38,077 nucleotides of DNA, from contig NC_068984.1 of the NCBI RefSeq assembly GCF_001194135.2, positions 52,589,223-52,627,299 of the forward strand. The letters run 5' to 3'. A model generated the notes under the pieces. It ran no database searches. It had not been told where the DNA came from and saw nothing but the letters and a program-made list of their open reading frames with translations. Source of the stretch: Octopus bimaculoides. Lineage: Eukaryota. This document shows positions 34,130 through 38,077 of this stretch, piece after piece. The translations under genes and the position numbers were made by a program. The first letter of the stretch is position 1, and each line of letters begins with the position of its first letter.

Positions 34130-34676
34130 TCTTTTATTCTTTTACTTGTTTCAGTCATTTGACTGCAGCCATGCTGGAGCACCACCTTGAAGGGCTTTAG
34201 TTGAACAAATCGACTCCAGGACTTATTTCTTAAGGTTAGTACTTATTCTAATGGTCACTTTTCCTGAACCACTAAGTTATGAGAACATAAACACACCAAC
34301 ACCAGTTGCCAAGTGGTGATGGGGGGAAAACAGCCACAAAGACACACACATATAGATATATACATACTCACAATACATATATCTATCTATATATATATAT
34401 ATATATATATAAACTGCTAGGTTACAGGGATATACATAAACCAATACTGGTTCTCAAGCAGTGAGGATGCACACACACACACACACATACACACAATACA
34501 TATATATATATATATATAATGACAGGCTTCTTTCAGTTTCCATCTACCAAATCAACTCACAAGGCTTTGATTGGCCTAAGGCTATAGTAGAAGACACTTG
34601 CCCAAGGGGCTACACAGTGGAACTGAACCTGGAACCATGTGGTTGGGAAGCAAGCTTCTTACACACAGCCATGATA
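34130..34676 (-). mobile_element. SINE family A pieces (3' half 34130-34410, partial copy 34411-34676)
   Basis: Standard family A blocks separated by (TA)n. Confidence 0.87.
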
Positions 34677-34699
34677 CACCTATGTGCAATAAACAGATT

Positions 34700-35060
34700 A
34701 ATTATTTTATCCTCTCCATTTATTCCTCTTCTCAGCCTGCTATTACTGGGAGGGTCATAGGAGCAGAGTCCTAAGGTACCACCTTATTAGGGTTCTATCA
34801 GAAGCAACTGTCATTAGGCTTTCCAGCTGAATTGCCAAGCATGACTAACCAAGACAATGGATATTAATGCAACCATCTCATTCTTCATCTACCCCTACAT
34901 CTCCCATTGGTTGGCTTAGCTTGAAGAATCCATCTTTCAATTCTAATCACCTGTCTGTGGTACCAGAGTTGAAATTTCTCAATGTGAAGATGTAGTGGTT
35001 TGACCTTGGAGAGATTCTTTCATCAGTGAGCTATGCACTCTGTCACTCTGTTACTTCAGA
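34700..35060 (-). mobile_element. Decayed RTE-like C-terminus and 3' tail (second RTE lineage)
   Basis: Minus strand gives GRCRGR*RMRWL (compare GRRRRGRQRMRWLD) and QLESLMTVASDR, then 'ctgctcctatgaccc..ataagcaggctgagaagagg'. Confidence 0.5.
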
Positions 35061-35070
35061 GATCCTTGGG

Positions 35071-35310
35071 AAACTGCTAGGTTACAGGGATATACACAAA
35101 CCAACACTGGTCCTCAAGCAGTGAGCACACACACACACCCACATACAAACAAGATGGACTTCTACACATTCTCTGTTTACGAAATTCACTCACAAGGCAT
35201 TGGCTGGCCTGGGGTTATAGTAGAAGACATTTTCCCAAGATGCCATGCAATGAGACTGAACCTGAGACTATGTGGTTGTAAAACAAGCTTTTTAACTATG
35301 CAACCATGAT
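35071..35310 (-). mobile_element. Partial SINE family A, duplicate of 34411-34676
   Basis: The first 55 bp are 52/55 identical to 34411-34465. Confidence 0.8.
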
Positions 35311-35749
35311 AGAAAATGAAAATTCAGGTTCTCTTCCAGCATTGTCAAACGCTCAGCTATAATAGAAAAGAAATATTTCAAAACTACTAGTTTTTCTTTA
35401 ACAAATTATTATCTTTTACTGGTATGTTGTTAGTTTATCTCTAGATTTGAGGTAGACATTTTTTCAGATTATTAAGGTGTTGAAATATTCCTGTCAAATA
35501 TTCCAGGCTAGAGACTGAAACTTCACATTAAAGATATTCATAAAAGCACCTTTGTTTTATTTCAAAAAACATAAGAAGCTTGTTTTGGAGTTCATACACA
35601 CAAAAGAGCACCATTTTACTTGACAGCCATCACACTATGTTGGGTGAAAATAAGCATCTACAGTGCAAATTTATGCCAATACAAATGAGTCTTTAAAGAT
35701 CCCCTTTCAATAAAATTAACAATTCCAACAAATTCTTTTTTCAATAACA

Positions 35750-36280
35750 GAATTGAGACCCACCCACCACAACAGAACTGAGATCCTAAAACCAGGGTGC
35801 CACATAAGAAAAGCATTGGTGTGGATGCTGCTGCCACATAAAAAGTACTGGAGCTCATGCCATGTAAAAAACATTGGTGCTGATGCCACATAAAAAGTAC
35901 TGGTGATGGTGTCACGTAAAAGGTACTGGTGTTGATGTCACATAAAAAGCACTGGTGCTGGTGCCATGTAAAAAGCAGTGGTACTGGTGCCACATAAAAA
36001 GCAGTGGTGCTGGTACCATGTAAAAAGTATTGGTGTGCTTGTGCCATGTACAAAGCACTGGTGCTGGTGCCATATAAAAAGTACTAATGATGGTACCACA
36101 TAAAAAACATCCAGTGAACTCTGTAAAGTGGTTGGCATTAGGAAGGGCATCCAACTGTAGAAACCAAGCCAAAACAGATTATGGAACCTGGTGTAGCCCT
36201 GACCTTGCTAGTTCCTGTCAAGCCATCCAACACATGCCAGCATGGAAAATGGACATTAAATGTCGATGATGATGATGATA
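35750..36280 (+). mobile_element. RTE 3' UTR with about 12 copies of a 26-bp unit and a (GAT)n tail
   Basis: Unit tgccacataaaaagcactggtgctgg at 35798-36108, then 'gtggttggcattaggaagggcatcc...ggacattaaatgtc(gat)n'. Confidence 0.88.
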
Positions 36281-36483
36281 TCCACCAAGGTTCAAAACGG
36301 AGTTCAAAACAGAAGCTGATGACTGTCAGTCTACTGTGTCTCCAGCTGATCCCAAGGATCAGTTATTCATGGATTATGTCATAATAAAATCACTTTTTAC
36401 ATATCTTGGCAATGACATTGAGATCTCAGATTTATTAGCATGTTGGATAAAATGCTTTTCTTTCTGCTCTTTATGTTCTTAGG

Positions 36484-36650
36484 TCAAATTTCAACAAGTT
36501 TGACTGCATCTTTCATCCCTTTCACAGGGTGGGAATACTAGGGGTGGGGTCGATAAACTAGGCACCAGTCAAGTACTGGAGTTGAAGTAATTGACTTACC
36601 CACTTCCCTCAAAATTGCTGGCCTTGAGTCAACATTTGAAATCATTATCT
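36484..36650 (+). mobile_element. SINE family B, partial
   Basis: 'tttgactgcatctttcatccctttcac..ggggtcgataaactaggcaccagtc..aatttgaaatcattat'. Confidence 0.7.
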
Positions 36651-37436
36651 TAATCTTTCTACATGCTGGCAAAATAACTGAGTCTGCCAAAATATGAGAT
36701 TTAATTTTTTATGCAGCCAGTTTATATATTTTATAAGATGTAATTTGAACTATTTCAGAAAGTGTTATTATACTTTTAAAAATATTTGCCCATTTGGTTT
36801 GTTGTTCTGACAATCTTTAAAAATGATTTGAATCTTTTCTTCAAGATATGAGTGTTTAGTTTTAAAATATCTTTCTAAATGGTAAAGAAGCAATGATTTA
36901 GTCATCCTTTTATATTCATATACTAGTTCAAGAAAAATCAAATTTTAAGTAATCCTCATCATATTTGTCATCAGGTACATGAATTTGTTGCTTTTGAGAC
37001 ATGCTTGTTATCGGATTCGTACTCACCAAAGTTATGATTTTCATTTGAGTATTTGTCCTTTACACACAAATACACATACACACACATACTGAGAAAGAGT
37101 GAGAGAGAAACTGAATTTATTTAGGCTGGCTCAGTGACCTGTTGCTCAGAAGTTTTCACAGTGTGCAACTGTTTCTTTAGACAAGCTAAAATGAACAAAG
37201 AGAAATGTTCTATTACTCTGAAGGAAGAAGTAGTGCAGAAAAAAATGCATATAAATACTACAAAGATAATAACAGTCATGTGAATAAGAAAGAATGCATA
37301 GAATTGCTGAAGAAGTTTAGTAATATTCATACATATGCATATGCATACTCACAAAACATGCACACAAAGCACATATTCGCAATACACTCACACACAATAA
37401 CACATACTTAGCATATATGCTTTGTGTATTTGCCAG

Positions 37437-37511
37437 TAAGCTGCAATTTGGAGTGGTGGAGATTACTCTCTCAAAGTACTGGATGTTAAAATACTTGAAA
37501 GTCATATACAG
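37437..37511 (+). CDS. Candidate coding exon (two possible frames)
   Basis: Acceptor tttgtgtatttgccag| (or taag| 4 nt later) and donor cag|gtgagg. The 75-nt form reads KLQFGVVEITLSKYWMLKYLKVIY; the 71-nt form reads AIWSGGDYSLKVLDVKILESHIQ. Confidence 0.33.
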
Positions 37512-37685
37512 GTGAGGCATGACTTTCAGATGTTTTAATACCTGGTTCTTTGAAAGAGTAATCTATATCATGCCAAATTACATCCTACCGGCAAATACAC
37601 ATTGCTCATGCATTAAGTATGTGTGGTCAATAATGCTTATTACACTATCACTGCTTCTACTTCATATTTGAATATATATACACTG

Positions 37686-38077
37686 TGTAGATAAAGCAAT
37701 TAAGAGTATGAAGACCGGGAAAGCCCCAGGCCCATCAGGAATCACTGCAGAGATGCTCAAAATATCTGGCAGTGTTGGCTATAGCCTAGTCACCCGTATT
37801 ACGAACCAGGTGATACACAAAGGAGTCATACCCAATGACTGGTGTAGCAGCATCATAGTCAACTGCTACAAAGGTAAAGGTGACGCTTTAGATACAAATA
37901 ATTACAGAGGCATCAAGCTGTTAGATAAGGTTATGAAAGTTACAGAGAGGGTCATAGCCCAACTAATTAGGGAGCGAATCAATTTAGATGAGATGCAGTT
38001 TGGGTTCGTGCCAGGTAAAAGCACTACTGATGCCTTATTTCTAGTGAGACAGATGCAGGAGAAATACCTAGCTAAGG
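37686..38077 (+). mobile_element. RTE LINE reverse transcriptase, uninterrupted frame to window end
   Basis: DKAIKSMKTGKAPGPSGITAEMLK...IPNDWCSSIIVNCYKGKGDALDTNNYRGIKLLDKVMKVTERVI...QFGFVPGKSTTDALFLVRQMQEKYLAK, with no stop or frameshift. Confidence 0.95.

Noticed and set aside
34736-34775. Exon candidate reading CYYWEGHRSRVL (WD40-like GH)
   Set aside because: It lies antisense to a probable RTE 3' tail that supplies the pyrimidine tract, and its phase (1-2) does not join the 29199-29242 exon.
35340-35421. Open segment between an acceptor and a gtatgt donor
   Set aside because: The peptide is what AT-rich random sequence gives (K/Y/F/L/T-rich) and there is no independent support.
35658-36172. 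Periodic ORFs on the minus strand (up to 131 aa)
   Set aside because: They are translations of the 26-bp tandem array.

Overview
AT-rich, repeat-dense eukaryotic genomic DNA with several N gaps. The repeat families I recognise point to a cephalopod, probably Octopus (inference, not searched). No complete protein-coding gene, RNA gene or CRISPR array is supported, and almost all ORFs in the supplied track are microsatellite or transposon read-through. The window holds three tRNA-headed SINE families (called A, B and C here) and many RTE-clade LINE fragments. Two of these are about 97% identical reverse-transcriptase pieces lying in opposite orientation at the two window ends. It also holds decayed Tc1/mariner and hAT transposases, several MITE types, Helitron/Helentron-like and Penelope-like pieces, and a Gypsy integrase scrap. 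A few short, splice-site-flanked open segments on the + strand may be exons of an unidentified host gene. The most notable structures are a multi-level nest at 23652-25172 (TTAA MITE > Helentron-type element > extra DNA with a Gypsy fragment and a SINE), an unexplained direct-plus-inverted local duplication carrying a conserved 13-bp hairpin (29478-33745), and a variable 26-bp array in the RTE 3' UTR.
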